A stretch of DNA of 64,000 nt, from assembly GCF_009914755.1 (NCBI RefSeq), contig NC_060931.1; one strand, 5' to 3'. Shown piece after piece: positions 32,372 to 49,414 of this stretch (within the stretch, counting starts at the first letter, position 1; the number at the start of each line of letters is the position of its first letter). This DNA is from the human T2T-CHM13v2.0 reference genome, Homo sapiens. A program made the position numbers and the translations under genes. The notes beneath the pieces were generated by a model, which was given only the letters and a program-made list of their open reading frames with translations, had not been told where the DNA came from and ran no database searches.

Positions 32372-32551
32372 TTTGTAAGAATATAAGTTGTCCAGTGATT
32401 CAGAACAATGATGTTCACTGTTCTTAATCTTGTAAACAGTTATGACACATGTATAAAAGATATGTCTAACAGTGTTAGTTGCATACATGATTCAACGGTT
32501 ATTTTGGTGAATGGAAGTGTGCACCACTCTCCATCTAATACATTCTATTGT

Positions 32552-33935
32552 ATAGCACTTATATTTTATTTTTGAAACATTTTCATTGTATATATTTAAA
32601 GTGGACAACATGTTTTGATATACATATACACAGTGAAATGATTACTGCAGTCAAGTCTATTAACATATCTATGATTTCATGTAGTTACCATTTTTTGTGG
32701 TTAAGAGCACATACAATCTACTCTCTTCACGAATTTCCAGTAAACAATATTAACTGTAGTCCTCATGCTGTATTTTACATCTGTAGATTTATTCATCCCA
32801 CATAACTGTTACTTTATACCTTTTAACTTAATCTCCCCATTTCCCTTTCCCCGCCTCTGATAATCACAGTACTACACTCTGCTTCTGTGTATTCAACTTT
32901 TATTATTATTTTTTTAGATTCCACATACAAGAGAGGTTATGTAGTGTTTTTCTTTCTGTGCCTAGCTTATTTCACTCAGTACAATGTCCTTTAGGTTTAT
33001 CCGTGTTGTCAAAAATGGCTGGATCTCCTTTTCTAAGGCTGAATAATATTCAATTTTGTATATAGATATACACACAACCTCTGCAATTTTTCATCTATTT
33101 ATTTCTCGGCAATTAGATTATTTACATATCTGGGCTATTACAAATAATTCTGAAATGAACATTGGAGTGCAGATCTCTCTACAAGGTGTTGATTTCATTT
33201 CCTCTGGGTATATACCCAGAAGAGGGATTGCTGGGTCATATGGTAGTTTAATTTTTTTCAGCAATCTTTGTATTGTTTTCCATAATGGTTACACCAATTT
33301 ACATTCTCATTAACAGTGCAAAAGGGTTTTTGTTTCTCTATACCTTGCCAATTTGTTATCTATTGACTTTTTGATAATAGGCTTTGCATTTGCCTGATGA
33401 TTAATGATATCGAACACATTTTCATATACCTGTTGGCCACTTTTTATGTCTTCTTTTGGGAAATGTTTGTTTATTCTGGTACTTTGCCTATTTTTTAATT
33501 GGGTTTTTGTTTTTTTCTTTTTGCTATTGATTTTCTTAAATATTTTGGATAGTAACCTGTTATCAGATATGTGGTTCACAAATATTTTCTCCTAATCTGT
33601 AGATTGCCTTTTCATTTTATCGATTATTTCCTTTGCTCTGTAGAAGCTTTTCGGTGTGATGTAGTCATACTTGTTTGTTCTTGCTTTCATTGCCTGTCCT
33701 ATCAGAAAAATCATTGCCAAGGCCAATATGTATCAGCTTCTTTCCTATGTTTTCTCCTAGGTGTTTTACAGATTCAAGTCTTATGTTTAGGCCTTTAATC
33801 TGTTTTGAGTTGACTTTTGTCTTGGTGTAAGATAAGCGTCCAATTTCATCCTTTTGCATGTGGATATCCAGTTTTCCCAACACTAGATATGAAAGAGACT
33901 AAACTTGCCCCATTGTGTCTTCTTGGTGTCTTTGT
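32552..33935 (-). mobile_element. L1MA-type 3' fragment, inserted into the array
   Basis: tttagattccacatacaag...gggtatatacccagaagagggattgctgggtcatatggtag...ttttgcatgtggatatccagttttcccaacac. Confidence 0.85.
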
Positions 33936-34472
33936 CTAAGACACTTCTATGACAGTTTTTTCTCAGACGGGTACTTGTTTACGTGACTCACAACAGTGAA
34001 TGGAAATGTTCACCACTCATCACGCCATCTAACACACTGTGTTAAGACACATGTAAAGACTGTTCTAATAGTACCAGTTGCAACTATAACTGAAAATAGT
34101 ATTATTTTAGTAAATGGAAGGGTGCACTACTCTTAACTTCATCTAAAACACTCTTAAAACAATGTATTGAAGCTATTTCTAAGAATGTAAGTTGCACAGG
34201 TGATTGAGAACAGTGTTATTTCAGTCACTGGGTGTGTTCAACACTCTTAACACCATATAATAAAAGATGTTTCTAAAAAGTGCTGGTTGAGTGTATCTTT
34301 CAGAACAGTGTTATTTCAGTAAATGGAGTGTTTACCCACAATTCTAATACACTCTGTTAAGATCCATGTATGAAATATGTTTGTAAGAGTGATTTTTGCA
34401 AGCTCAATTCACAACAGTATTTCAGTAAATGGAAGTGTTCAATATTTTTAATTCAATATTTATTACATTTAA

Positions 34473-34739
<267 letters not shown>

Positions 34740-37346
34740 TGAGAAGATACCTACAAAAGATGTTTTTTAGGACGGAAGTTGAACATCTGATTCAGAACAT
34801 CATTATTTCAGTGAACAGAGTTTAGCCCTTCAATGGCCAACACTCTGTTAATGCACATATATAAAAGGTGTTTCTAGGAGTGCTGGTTGTTTCCATGATT
34901 CAGACAGGTTTTTTTTTTCTTATTATTTCATCATTTTTAACTCCATTTGTATACTTTGTTCAAACATAAGTATAAATGATATTCTCAGAATGCAAGTTGC
35001 ACAGTTGATTCAGAATAGTGTGATTTCAGTGAATGGAGCAGTTCACCACTCGTAACACCATTTATAAAATCTCTCAGGTCACATGTATAAAAGACGTTTC
35101 CAAGGGTTCATGCATGTGACTCAAAAAAGTATTATTTCAGTTAATGGAAGTTCTTCATTCTTAACTTCACCTAATATGTGTATACTCCTTTAAGACAAGT
35201 GTGTAAAAATGTTTCTACAATTGATAGTTGTGCTTGCTACTCCAATCAGTATTTCAGTTAATGGAAGCGCTCACCACTTTTATGCCCATGTAATACACTT
35301 TCATAGAGCACATATAAAGATCTTTATAGGAGTGCTAGCTTCACATGTGCTCCAGTATTATTTCAATGAAAGTGTTCACTGCTCAACTCCATTTAATACA
35401 CTGTAGTGAGACACATGTACAAAATATGTTTGTAAAGGAGCTATTTGTGTGGCGTTTGAGAATTGTTATTACCACTCTTAACTTCATTTTTTATACCTTG
35501 CCAAAACACATGTATACAAGATGTTTCTATAATTGTTAATTGGATGCATGAATCGGAACAATTTTGAGTGAATGAAAGTGTTCACCACTCTTAACTCCAT
35601 CTGAAATTCCCCATTAAGACACATGTATGAAAGATGTTTCTAAGATTGCTAATTTATGCATGATAGATGAAAGTGTCATTTCAGTGAATGGTTTAGTTTG
35701 CTGCTCATCTCTTTCTAATACATCCTGGCAGACACATGTATAAAGGCATTTCTGGGAGTACTCATTATGTGCATGGTTCAGAACAGTATCAATCCAATGA
35801 ATGAACATATTCAACTCTGTTGACTCCATCTAACACACTCTATTAAGATTCACGTGTAAAAGCTATTTGTAAGAGCACTACTTGTGTAAATGATTAAGAA
35901 CAATGTTAATTCAATGGATAGATGTTTTCATCACTCAACTGTATTTAATACACTCTGTGAAGACATTAGATGTTTCTAAGAATTCTATTTTATATATTAT
36001 TTAGGACAATGTTATTTTGTGTGAATGGAAGGTCTCTCCACTTTTATGTCATCTAATATACTCTGCTAGGCACATGTGCAAAATACACTTCTAAGACTGC
36101 TAGTTGCATGACTGATTCAGGACACTGTTATTTTAGGAAATGAAATGCTCATCAATTCTGTATAAATGTGCTCTGTTAAGGCATATCCACAAACTATATT
36201 TCTAAGAATGCGAGTTGCACAAGTGATTCAGCACACTTTGATTTCAATGTATTCACCACTCTTAAACCTTAAAATTTATTATATATGTTAAATCACATAT
36301 ATGAAAAGTACTCTCGTGAGTTCTAGTTGCACATGTGATTCTGAAAGTGTTATTTCAATGAATGTGTTAATCACTCTTAACTCCATGTAAAACACTTAGT
36401 AACACTAATATGTAAAGGACTTTACTAGGAGTGTTGCATGTATGATTGAGAACAGCGTTGCTTCAGTGAATGGGAATATTTACCATTTTTATATCGTAAT
36501 ATGCTCTTATGACAAATGTATAAAATATATCTCCAAGAGTGTTAGTTGTATTCAATTCAGAATATTTTTATTTTATGGAAGTGTTCACTTTTATGTCTAT
36601 CTAATACTCTTTTAAGATAAGTATACAAAAGATGTTTCTAAGTTTCTAGCTGTGTAGTGATTCAGAATAACATGGTCACTGAAAAGAAGCGCTCAACACT
36701 CAAAACTCAATCTATTACATTCCATTATGACACATGTAAACTTTCTTCTAGGAGTGCTGGTTGTGCACGTGATTAAGAACTGTGTAATTTCAGCTTAAAG
36801 ATGTGTTTGAGGCACTTAATACTACTGTGGTATGACACATGTACAAAATAAGTTTCTAACACAAGTCCTTGCCTGCATGACTCAACATTTTTTTCATTGA
36901 TTAAAAGTGTTCACCATTCTTAAGTTCATTTAATACATTCTTTTAAGACACACTTACCAGACTGTTTCTAAGGGTATGAATTATATGCTTGATTTACAAC
37001 AGTTTTATTTCAGTAAATAGAAGTGTTCATCACTCAAACTCCATCTAGTAGACTTAAAACACATATATTAAACACATGTTGAACTTGGTAAGTTGTGCAA
37101 GTAATTCAGAATGTGTGAATTCAGGGAAGGGATATGTTAACTACTCTTAGCTATTGTAATACATTCTGTTAGGACACATGTATAAAAGATGTTTCTAAGA
37201 GTGCTGGTGTGCAGCTTATCTAGAAAAGTTTTATTTATTTATTGACTTATTTTTTTCTTTTTAGCATCAGGTTGGTGAAAATATTTTTTTATTTTAATTG
37301 ACAGATAAATGCTTATTTTAATTGACATATATTTATTTATTTTTAA

Positions 37347-37677
<331 letters not shown>

Positions 37678-37679
37678 AA

Positions 37680-39030
<1,351 letters not shown>

Positions 39031-39034
39031 AATA

Positions 39035-40107
39035 ATTATTTATAATTCATACAAAAAGTATATGTATTTATGGAGTACAATGTGACGTTTCAGTGCATGA
39101 ATACATTGTATAATGATCAAATCAGGGTAGTTACTATATCCATCACTTTCAACAATTATCACTTCTTTTTGGTGATAACATTCGAAATAATCCTTTCTTG
39201 AAATACACACTAAATTGTTTTTAGTCATCCTACTGTGAAATAGAACACCAGAACTTATTATTCCTGTCTAACCTTTTGCCAGTTGACTAACCTGTTCTAG
39301 TCCTTCCTCCATCCTTCCAAGGATCTAGTAACCACTATTCTACTCTATACTTTTATGAAATCAACTTATTTCTATTCCTTATGTAAGTGTGATCATATGG
39401 TGTTTGTCTTTTTGTGCCTGGATTGTTTCACTTAAGATAATGGCCTCCTGTTCCACCTATGTTGCTGCAAAAAACATGATTTCATTCTTTCTTATGGCTG
39501 TATAGTATACCATTGTATAAATATACCACATTTTATTTATTGATTTATCTTGTTCATGAACACTTAGGCTGATTCCCTATATTTGCTATTGTGAATAGTG
39601 TGATAAATACACAAGTACAGGTTTTTGATACCTGTACTTGTACACTTAGGTTGACTTCATATCTTTGCCATAAATTTATCACAACACTATTCACAACAGC
39701 AAATATAAGGAATCAACATAACCTCTATCGAAAAGGTACTTGTACTTGTATATTTTTGATACAAGTACAGGTCTTAAAAAATACCTGTAAAAAATACCTG
39801 TACAAATAAAAAATCTTTTTGATTTTTTTAAATTAAGAGGTGGATACCTAGTAGTAGGATTGCTATAGTACATGGTAATTTTATTTTCATTTCTTTGAGA
39901 AATTGCCATACTGTTTTTCATAGAAGTTGTACTAATTTACATTCCCATCAAAAGTATGTAAGAATTCCCTTTTCTCTGCATTCTCACAAACACCTGTTAT
40001 TTTTTCTCTTTCAATAGTAGCCATTCTGACAAGGGTAAGATGATATCTCATTGGGGTTTTAATTCACATTTCTCTGATAATTAGTGATGTTGATAATTTT
40101 TTCACAT
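39035..40107 (-). mobile_element. Second L1MA-type 3' fragment
   Basis: tgtataatgatcaaatcagggta...ctagtaaccactattctactct...ccattctgacaagggtaagatgatatctcattg. Confidence 0.82.
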
Positions 40108-42975
40108 GAAGAACATAAAACAGAACTACCATCTGACCCAGCAATCCCATAACTGGGTATACACTCTAAGGAAATAAAATTATTCTACCAAAAAGACACC
40201 TGTACTCGTGTGTTTATTGCAGCAGTATTCACAATAGTGAAGACATGGAATCAATCTAGGTGCTCAACAATGGTGGACTGGATAAAGAAAATGTGATATA
40301 AATATATTCTGGAATACTATGCAGCCAGAAAAAATAAAATCATATTGATATGGTTTGGCTTTGTGTCCCCACCCAAATCTCATCTTGAATTGTAATCCCA
40401 TAATCCCCACATGTCACAGGAGGGACCCAGTGGGAGGTAACTGAATCATGGGGGCAGTTTTTCTCCATGCTATTCTCATGACAGTGAGTGAGTTCTCATG
40501 AGATCTGATAGTTTTATAAGGGGCTTTCCCCTTCACTTGGCATTCATTCTCTCTACAGCCACCCCATGAAGAGGTGCCTTCTGCCATTATTGTAAGTTTC
40601 CTGAGGCCTCACCAGCCATTAAAAACTATGAGTCAATTAAACTTCTTTTCTTTACAAATTACTCAATCTCAGGTATTTCTTCATAGCAGCATGAAAATGA
40701 TCTAATATAGTAAATTGACACCACAGAGAGTGTGGTGCTGCAGTAAAGATACCTGAAAATGTGGAAGCGACTTTGGAACTGGGTAACAGGCAGAAGTTGG
40801 AATAGTTTGGAGGGCTCAGAAAAAGACAGGAAAATGTGGGAAAGTTTGGAACTTCCTAGAGAATTGGAGGGGTCAGAAGACAGGAAGATGTGGGAAAGTT
40901 TGGAACTTCCTAGAGACTTGTTGAATGGCTTTGACAAAAGTGTGGATAGTGATATGGACAATGAAGTCCAGGCTGAGGTGGTCTCAGATGGAGATGAGGA
41001 ACTTGTTGGGAACTGGAGTAAAGGTGACTCTGTGACTGGTGGCATTTTGTCCCTGCCCTAGAGATCTGTGGGACTTTGAACTTGAGAGAGATAATTTAGG
41101 GTGTCTAGTGGAAGAAATTTCTAAGGGGCAAAGCATTCAAGAGGAAGCAGAGCATAAAAGTTTGGAAAATTTGCAGCCTGACAATGCCATAGAAAAGAAA
41201 GCCCCATTTTCTGGGGAGAAATTCAAGCCAGCTGCAGAAATTTGCATAGTAATGAGGATTTAAATATTAATCACCAAGATAATGAGGAAAATTATCTCCA
41301 GGGCATCTCGGAAACCTTCACAGCAGACCCTCCCATCACAGGCCTGGAGGCCTAGGAGGGAAAAATGGTTTTGTAGGGACCTAGGGCCCCCCTGCTCCAT
41401 GCAGCCTTGGGACAGGGGCTCTGCATCCCAGCTGCTTCAGCTCTAGCCATGGCTAAAAGGAGCCAAAGTACAGCTCAGGCCATTGCTTCAGAGCGTGCGA
41501 GCCCCAAAGCCTTCACAGCTTCTATGTGGTGTTTGTCCTGTGGGTGCAAAGATGACAAGAATTGAGGTTGGGGAACCTCCACCTAGATTTCAGAGGATGT
41601 ATGGAAATCCCTGGATGTTCACGCAGAAGCCTGCTGCAGGGGCAGAGCCTTCACAGAGAACCTCTGCTAGGGCAGTGAAGAAGGTAAGTTTGGGGCTGGT
41701 AGCCCCATCAGAGTCCCCAATGGAGCACTGCCTAGTGAAGGTGTGAGAACAGGGCCATCATCCTCCAGACCCCAGAATGGTAGATATATTGTCCGCTTGC
41801 ACCATGTGCCTGGAAAAGCCACAGGCACTCAACATCAGCCCATGAAAGCAGCCAGGAGAGAGGCTGTAAACTGCAAAGCCCTGGGAGTGGAGCTGCTAAG
41901 GCTGTGGGAGCCCACCTCATGCATCGGCATGACATGGATGTGCGACATGGAGTCAAAGGAGATTATTTTGGAATTTTAAGCTTTGACTGCCCTATTGGAT
42001 TTTGGGTTTGCATAGGTCCTGTAGCCCCTTTATTTTGGCCACTTTCTCTTATTTGGAACAGGTGTATGTACCCAATGCCTGTACCTCCATTTTATCTAGG
42101 ATGTAACTAACTTGCTTTTAATTTTACAGGCTCATAGGTGGAAGGGGCTTGTCTTGTCTCAGATGAGACTTTGGACTTGCTTTTTTGGGTTAATGCTGGA
42201 ATGAGCTTAGACTTTGGGGTACTGTTGGAAAGGGCATGATTGTGTTTTGAAATGTGAAGACATGAGATTTTGGAGGGGCCAGGAGAAGAAGGATATGGGT
42301 TTTTTGTGTCCCCACCCAAATCTCAACTTGAGCTGTAATCCCATAATCCCCACATGTCATGGGAGGGACCCAGTGGGAAGTAATTAAATCATGAGGGCAG
42401 TTCCCCTCCATGCTGTTCTTGTGATACTGAGTTCTCACGAGATCTGATTGTTTTATAAGGGGCTTCCCTCTTAGCTTGGCACTCATTCTCTCTCCTGCCA
42501 CCCTGTGAAGAGGCGCCTCTGCCATAATTGTAAGTTTCCTGAGTCCTCCCCAGCCATTTGGAACTGTGAGTCAATTAAATCTCTTCTCTTTATAAATTAC
42601 CCAGTCTCAGGTATTTCTTCATAGCAGCGTGAAAACTGACTAATGCTCATGTCTTGTGCAGTAAGATGGATACAGCTGGAGCCATTATCCGAACTAATCC
42701 AGGAACAGAAAATCAAATACCACATATCCTCTCTTATACATGGAAGCTAAACATTGGGTACACATGGACAAGATGGGAATAATAGACACTGGGGGGTTAC
42801 TTGGTTGGGGGCAAAGGCTAAAAATCTACCTACTGGATACTATGCTCACTACCTGGGTGATGGGATCATTCATGCTCTAAACCTCAGCATCACACCATGT
42901 AACAAACATGTTACCCATGTAACAAACTTGCACATGTACCTCCAACTCTAAAATGAGATGAAATTATAAAATAAA
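40108..42975 (+). mobile_element. L1PA15/16-like 3' fragment, split by the THE1 element
   Basis: cagaactaccatctgacccagcaatccc... before 40346; resumes at 42648 and ends ...tatgctcactacctgggtgatgggatcatt...aacaaacttgcacatgtacc. Confidence 0.85.
40346..42647 (+). mobile_element. Complete THE1 (THE1C/D-like) MaLR element: LTR 40346-40709, internal 40710-42290, LTR 42291-42647
   Basis: Both LTRs read (t/g)gatatgg..tgtgtccccacccaaatctca...atagcagc.tgaaaa..ctaat; the internal region has the THE1-int peptide WKRLWNWVTGR; 5-bp TSD catat/catgt. Confidence 0.95.
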
Positions 42976-43303
42976 TTGTAGACACATTTGAAACCGGATT
43001 CTAAGACTGTTACTCTTAAGCTTATTTGTTAGTGTTAATTCTGTGATTTTAAGTTGTTACTATTGAGAAAAGAAAAAGAATAGCTCAGAACAGTCTGAGC
43101 TATGCAAAATTTACTAGGCCCAGAGAGACATGAGTATGGGGCTTCAGTTCTACCCCTAACACCCATGCCCAGGGACAACTGTTTAAAGTCATTTTTGTTC
43201 CTTAATAGCTGACCCACCCATTATACTCATGTTTCTGAAATTTTTGATACAAAGAACAATGTACAGCCAATCAATAAATTATGTTATGTTTGGTAAACAA
43301 TTT

Positions 43304-43720
<417 letters not shown>

Positions 43721-44367
43721 TCAATCAACTTGAATCTATACTCCAGGGTAGATATCCTTAAGCTTTGTGCTTGAATAAACTCTCTTGAAAAAGCAACTTG
43801 AATAAAATAAACATTCCTGATTATTTTAGGTTAACATTTTGGTAACCACAAAAGGGTCCAAAGTGAACTTCCAGAGATTCCTCCATTTCACCAGCAATCA
43901 AGACCTTGGTACCAGCACAAACACATTTTGATTCACCCTGCCTTGCTGAGCCTCCACTGGTCTCTTTTAAGGAGTCTCTTCTTGGAGTGTGAGCCTCTCT
44001 GATTTTTGGGTTGAGATCCAGACTTTATTCAAATCCAATTCCACACTTGATGGGGCTGAAATTGAAGATCTATTTTAAGGCTTTAAGGTAGAAGTTTTGT
44101 TTATTATTCTCTAGAGATTCTCTGGACTGAAGATTTGTAATTTTCACTTTTCTCTGAGGTTAAGGTTTTGTTTGCCTTACTTGTTAGAGCTTGCAATCTT
44201 TTGTTTAGAATTTGGCCAAGGAGAAAACACATTTTTTCCAAAGGAGAAAGTGAAATCTTTGTAGCTTAACCAAAACCAAACATGCAAACAAGAACAAAAG
44301 CAAACAAACAAACAAAACAAAACCCAAAAAGTAATCTTTAAAACTGGCCAGATTCTGAAACTCAGTT

Positions 44368-45039
44368 TGTTACTAGTGGAAGGTGTCCAAGTTATTGGCA
44401 GCAAATCCATACAGGTCTGCAGCAATTCAATTCTTGCCTCCTCAAAAGAAAGAATTCAACCGAGGGGCATGAGGCACAAGAGACTGAGGTGAGTTTCAGA
44501 GGAGTGGAAGTTTATTTAAAAAGGCTTTTAGAACAGGAAAGGAAAGAAGGAACACTTGAAAGAGACCCAAGCGGGTGACTTGAAGAACAAGTGCTGTGTT
44601 TATCCTTGATCCTACGACTTTATAGGCTCACCTCTTTCCTGTGATTCTTCCCTTAAGGTAGGCTGCCACATGCAGTGCCCTCCTTACCCTTGGGAACTGA
44701 GCATGCGCAGTGTGTTTACGAAGTTGTACGCATGCTCATCTGAGGACTTCATCCCTTTTCTGGTGGAGCTTCCCCAGAAGGTCATATTGTCTTCACCATT
44801 TTGTCTCTTAATGCACATGCCTAGGAAGTTGCTTCTCCCTGGCATCTGTATTCAATTAATACTTTAAAGTTAACAGCTGTGGATCATCAAGAGATTGACT
44901 CTCCCTGGCACCATCTGCTGAGCTATCATTTTCAGAGAGGCAGTGTGATGATTGTTGAACCATAACATGACATTTCCACTGGGTAGGGGGAAAAGAGCCT
45001 TCTCCTGCCCCACTCATGCCTGCCTAACTATCTGTAACA
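44368..45039 (-). mobile_element. MER50-like solo LTR nested in the provirus
   Basis: Reverse complement starts TGTTACAGATAGTTAGGCAGGCATGAGTGGGGCAGGAGAAGG; TSD AGTT at 44364-44367 and 45040-45043. Confidence 0.85.
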
Positions 45040-46074
45040 AGTTCAACTGACAAATCAAAACTGTCTTCTTGAGTGACCAAAATTCCTCCCCCCACTAGGC
45101 TTTTTTGGTCATTCAAAAGGAAAATCAAAATTACAGGGAAATGTATTTCTAAAGGAGTGATTCACCTTTAAAAACTCCAGCTGGATTCACAGACAATGGT
45201 GGCTCTTCATGTATATATTTAGAAAAAACTCTCCTGCATAACTCACGGAGAACCCAAGTTACAATGGCCAGAATAGGGTACCTTTGAAATGCCTAAACTG
45301 ATTTGTTGGTATGTTCAGTTAGAAAAAGCTGGCTAAAATAAAACAGAATAACCAAGAGAGCTATTTTCAATGTACTTAGAAGCTTCTAACAAGAAGGTTC
45401 TAAAAAAGTAATTTTTTTTGCAAAAGGATAACAAAAGATTATTAATATCATTTTGTCAGTTGGTTTTTTCAGCATAAACTTCAGAGGGTAAGGGGATGCA
45501 TCTCTTGGCTGCTACAGCTTGGCACTGTGAGCAGGATGCCAAAGCTGCTCTGCTTGAATTCATAGTGAATAAAACCCAGAATGTGACAAGCCAGCAGAAA
45601 GGGTAAGAATTTCTCAGCAGTCAGGTTCCCAGTCTCTCTGTGGAATCCAATAGAATGGACAAGGAAAAATCATTGTTCATCTCTTTTTCCTTGCAAAATT
45701 CCTATTAATATGAAAAAAGGACTTGTGTGACTCATCTTGGATGTAGTGACTCTGGTGTACTTTCTTGGTGAGAATAGGGTATTAAGTTGCTATTGGACTA
45801 AATACACCATTAGAAATTCTAATATCAGTGACCAAGAAATGGATCCTTTAAACTAGAATGACTCCTAAATTAGGACAAGATTTTAGACATCTCATTCTAA
45901 ACAATCACCTTATTTGTATTTAGGGAAGATCAAATTAAAAGAAAGACATAATAGTGCCATGGCTAGCCTTAGAAATTCTCTCGACAAAATTAAAGAGCAA
46001 AAATCTAATCTAAAAAAGTTAGTCCTTTAAAAGCTCAAACTGCCTGCTTTGGATCCCTGTTGAGTTTACACACC

Positions 46075-46145
46075 ACCCTGTGGTACAGCGGCAAAGATGC
46101 TGTGCTTTTGTGACTTCAGCCAGGGTTCGATTCCTGGTCAGCGGA
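46075..46145 (+). pseudogene. Degenerate tRNA-Glu-like sequence inside the ERV internal region
   Basis: accctgtggtacagcggcaaagatgctgtgctttt...cagccagggttcgattcctggtcagcgga aligns by eye to tRNA-Glu (TCCCTGGTGGTCTAGTGGCTAGGATTCGGCGCTTTC...CCCGGGTTCGATTCCCGG); perfect B-box GGTTCGATTCC at 46124-46134; anticodon arm decayed. Confidence 0.65.
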
Positions 46146-46331
46146 TCAATGCCACTTGTCTTATATTATACGTATGACTCTTTACCCCTTGGGGGCTGAA
46201 CACAGGAAATCTGCGACGGGTCTCAGTTAATGTAGAAAGTTTATTTTGCCAAGGTTGAAGATGTGCCCGTGACACAGTCTGAGGAAGTCCTGACAACATG
46301 TGCCCAAGGTGGTGGGGACACAGCTTGTGGC

Positions 46332-46621
46332 TTTTTTTTTCTTTGAGATGGAGTCTTGCTCTGTCACCCAGGCCGGAGTACAGTGGTGTGGTCTGGGCTA
46401 ACTGCAACCTCCTCCCGGGTTCAAGCAATTCTCCTGCCTCAGCCTCCCAAGTAGCTGAGATTACAGACTTGTGCCACCATGCCCAGCTAATTTTTGTATT
46501 TTTAGGTGAAACCCTGTTTCTACTAAAACAGGCTGGTCTTAAACTCCTGACCTCAAGTGCTCTGACCGCCTCAACCTCCCAAAGTGTTGGGATTACAGGT
46601 GTAAGCCACCGTGCCCAGCCA
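46332..46621 (-). mobile_element. Alu inside the MER4 LTR
   Basis: Reverse Alu dimer. Confidence 0.92.
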
Positions 46622-47963
46622 CATCTTGCTTCTTTATACATTTTAAGGAGACATGAGGTGTTAATCAATATATGTAAGAAGTACATTATTTGTGTCCAGA
46701 AAGTGGGGGACAACTCAAAGCAAGCCCCCCACCCCAGAGGCTTCCAGGTCACAGGTAGGTGAGAGACAAATGGTGGCATTCTTTTGAGTTTCTGATATGT
46801 CTATCCAAAGGAGCCCAACAGAATATGCATCTTTATTGTCTCCATAAGTCAAGTTTGATTCCTTAAAGGAAAGCACATCATTTCAGTGAAGGCCTTGGTA
46901 AAATAACCAGTTTCTCCAATTGTGTCCTGTTACAAATGAAAACAGATTCTTACTGCACTTATGCAAATAACTGTATTGCCATAAGTTAAAAATACTCACA
47001 AATCATTTCCAAATTCTGGAGAAATCAGGTAGACAGAAAGAAATATGCTTCAAATTGTGTTCATAGGAGTATACTGAATTGTTAAAAGATGTCAATAGCT
47101 CAAAAGACAAGTTTTAAGACACTGAAAAACAAAACAAAGGGTCAGCAAATATTTTAAGCAAAAAGTCAAGATTAGTTCAGTCCATGCAGTTAATTCCTGT
47201 TCTGCTTGATACTCATGAACGTTTTAGCATTCCATGAGTCCTGAAAGTTTTTCCTCTATTCTGACGTCACATTCTCCAAGGTTATCAGAAACTTGCATTC
47301 AAGAGTACCTGTTAAAATTTTATCGTTGATTACAAAACCATCTTCTAAAGAGGACCAAAACAAGACAATTGTTCATGGATGACAAAAGTTTTAGGGCAGC
47401 CATAGTCAAAGACACAATTGATAAGGAAATTTGTTACCTCTGTGGCACACAATAAATTTAACATAACAATTATTACAATTACTGATAATGTACACTAAGA
47501 TATCAGAATTATGAGTTTCCCATAATTTTGGAACAGATACCAATAACATATTTATACAAATAAAGCCCAAAGAAAACCCAACACCATTTCATATTTGACA
47601 ATGCTTCCTGTATAATTTTTGTACCAAATAAGCCAAACTATGTTATTTTTTGGAATTTAGGGAACCTAATATCTTAAATGATTAATTAGGTCAGAAAAAG
47701 ACATAATTTATAAGTTGATGTTGGAAATTTTGTCAAATATCAAAGGTTTTAAACACTTGATATCACAAAACAAGACAACAGTTCTTTGTAAAATAAGTCA
47801 TTTATTTAACCAAAGTGATAACTCAAGGATTTTTTTTAAAAAGGTGAAAACCTTTATTCTTTGAGAGAGGAGACTTAATTGTCCAAACAAGCCCTAATAA
47901 TGATAACAATCCAGTTAAATTTGTTTTTCAAAATTTTGTGAACAATCTATAAAATTTTAATCT

Positions 47964-48596
<633 letters not shown>

Positions 48597-49084
48597 CATA
48601 AGACTTTTATAAGCTTTATTTAGGAGTTGGTTAGTGCTTCAGAAAAACCTTGTTAATCCCACACAGGGGCCCATATGCTGGTCTTGTATCAGTGTGCCTT
48701 TGAAATTAATAATTAATTTATAGAGAAACTGAACTTATTTTATCTTTTAAAACTGACCCTTACAATCTTACATGCCCGCCTCTTCTGCAATAGTCCCTGG
48801 GCCTTGAGGAGTTGAACAGCTTTAATTTCTTGCCCTGTGTCTCAAGAATGCAGTTTATTTTGATTGGCATCTTCTATAGCGCCTGAAGATGAGGCTTTGA
48901 TTGGTGTCAATGTTTAAGATTTAGCAGGACTTGATGTCCCTTTTAGACCTAGGAATCAAAGCCCTGCAACTTAATGTCACAAGGACTTTAAAAGCACATA
49001 CAATACATGGATGTAATAACCTTTATTAAAAAATTTTTTTCTCTCTTTTTCTAAGCAAACCAAAACTTAAATATGACAATTTGA

Positions 49085-49414
<330 letters not shown>

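Noticed and set aside
39035-42975. Twin-primed (5'-inverted) single L1 insertion
   Set aside because: Both oppositely oriented pieces have their own 3' ends, overlap in L1 coordinates and look like different subfamilies, so they are two independent insertions.
46075-46145. Functional tRNA gene
   Set aside because: Anticodon and acceptor stems are disrupted and it lies within an ERV internal sequence.
46138-46779. 213-aa and 154-aa ORFs, and similar Alu-spanning ORFs elsewhere
   Set aside because: Translations are Alu/LTR-derived ([19 protein letters not shown]-type peptides); no evidence of genuine coding.
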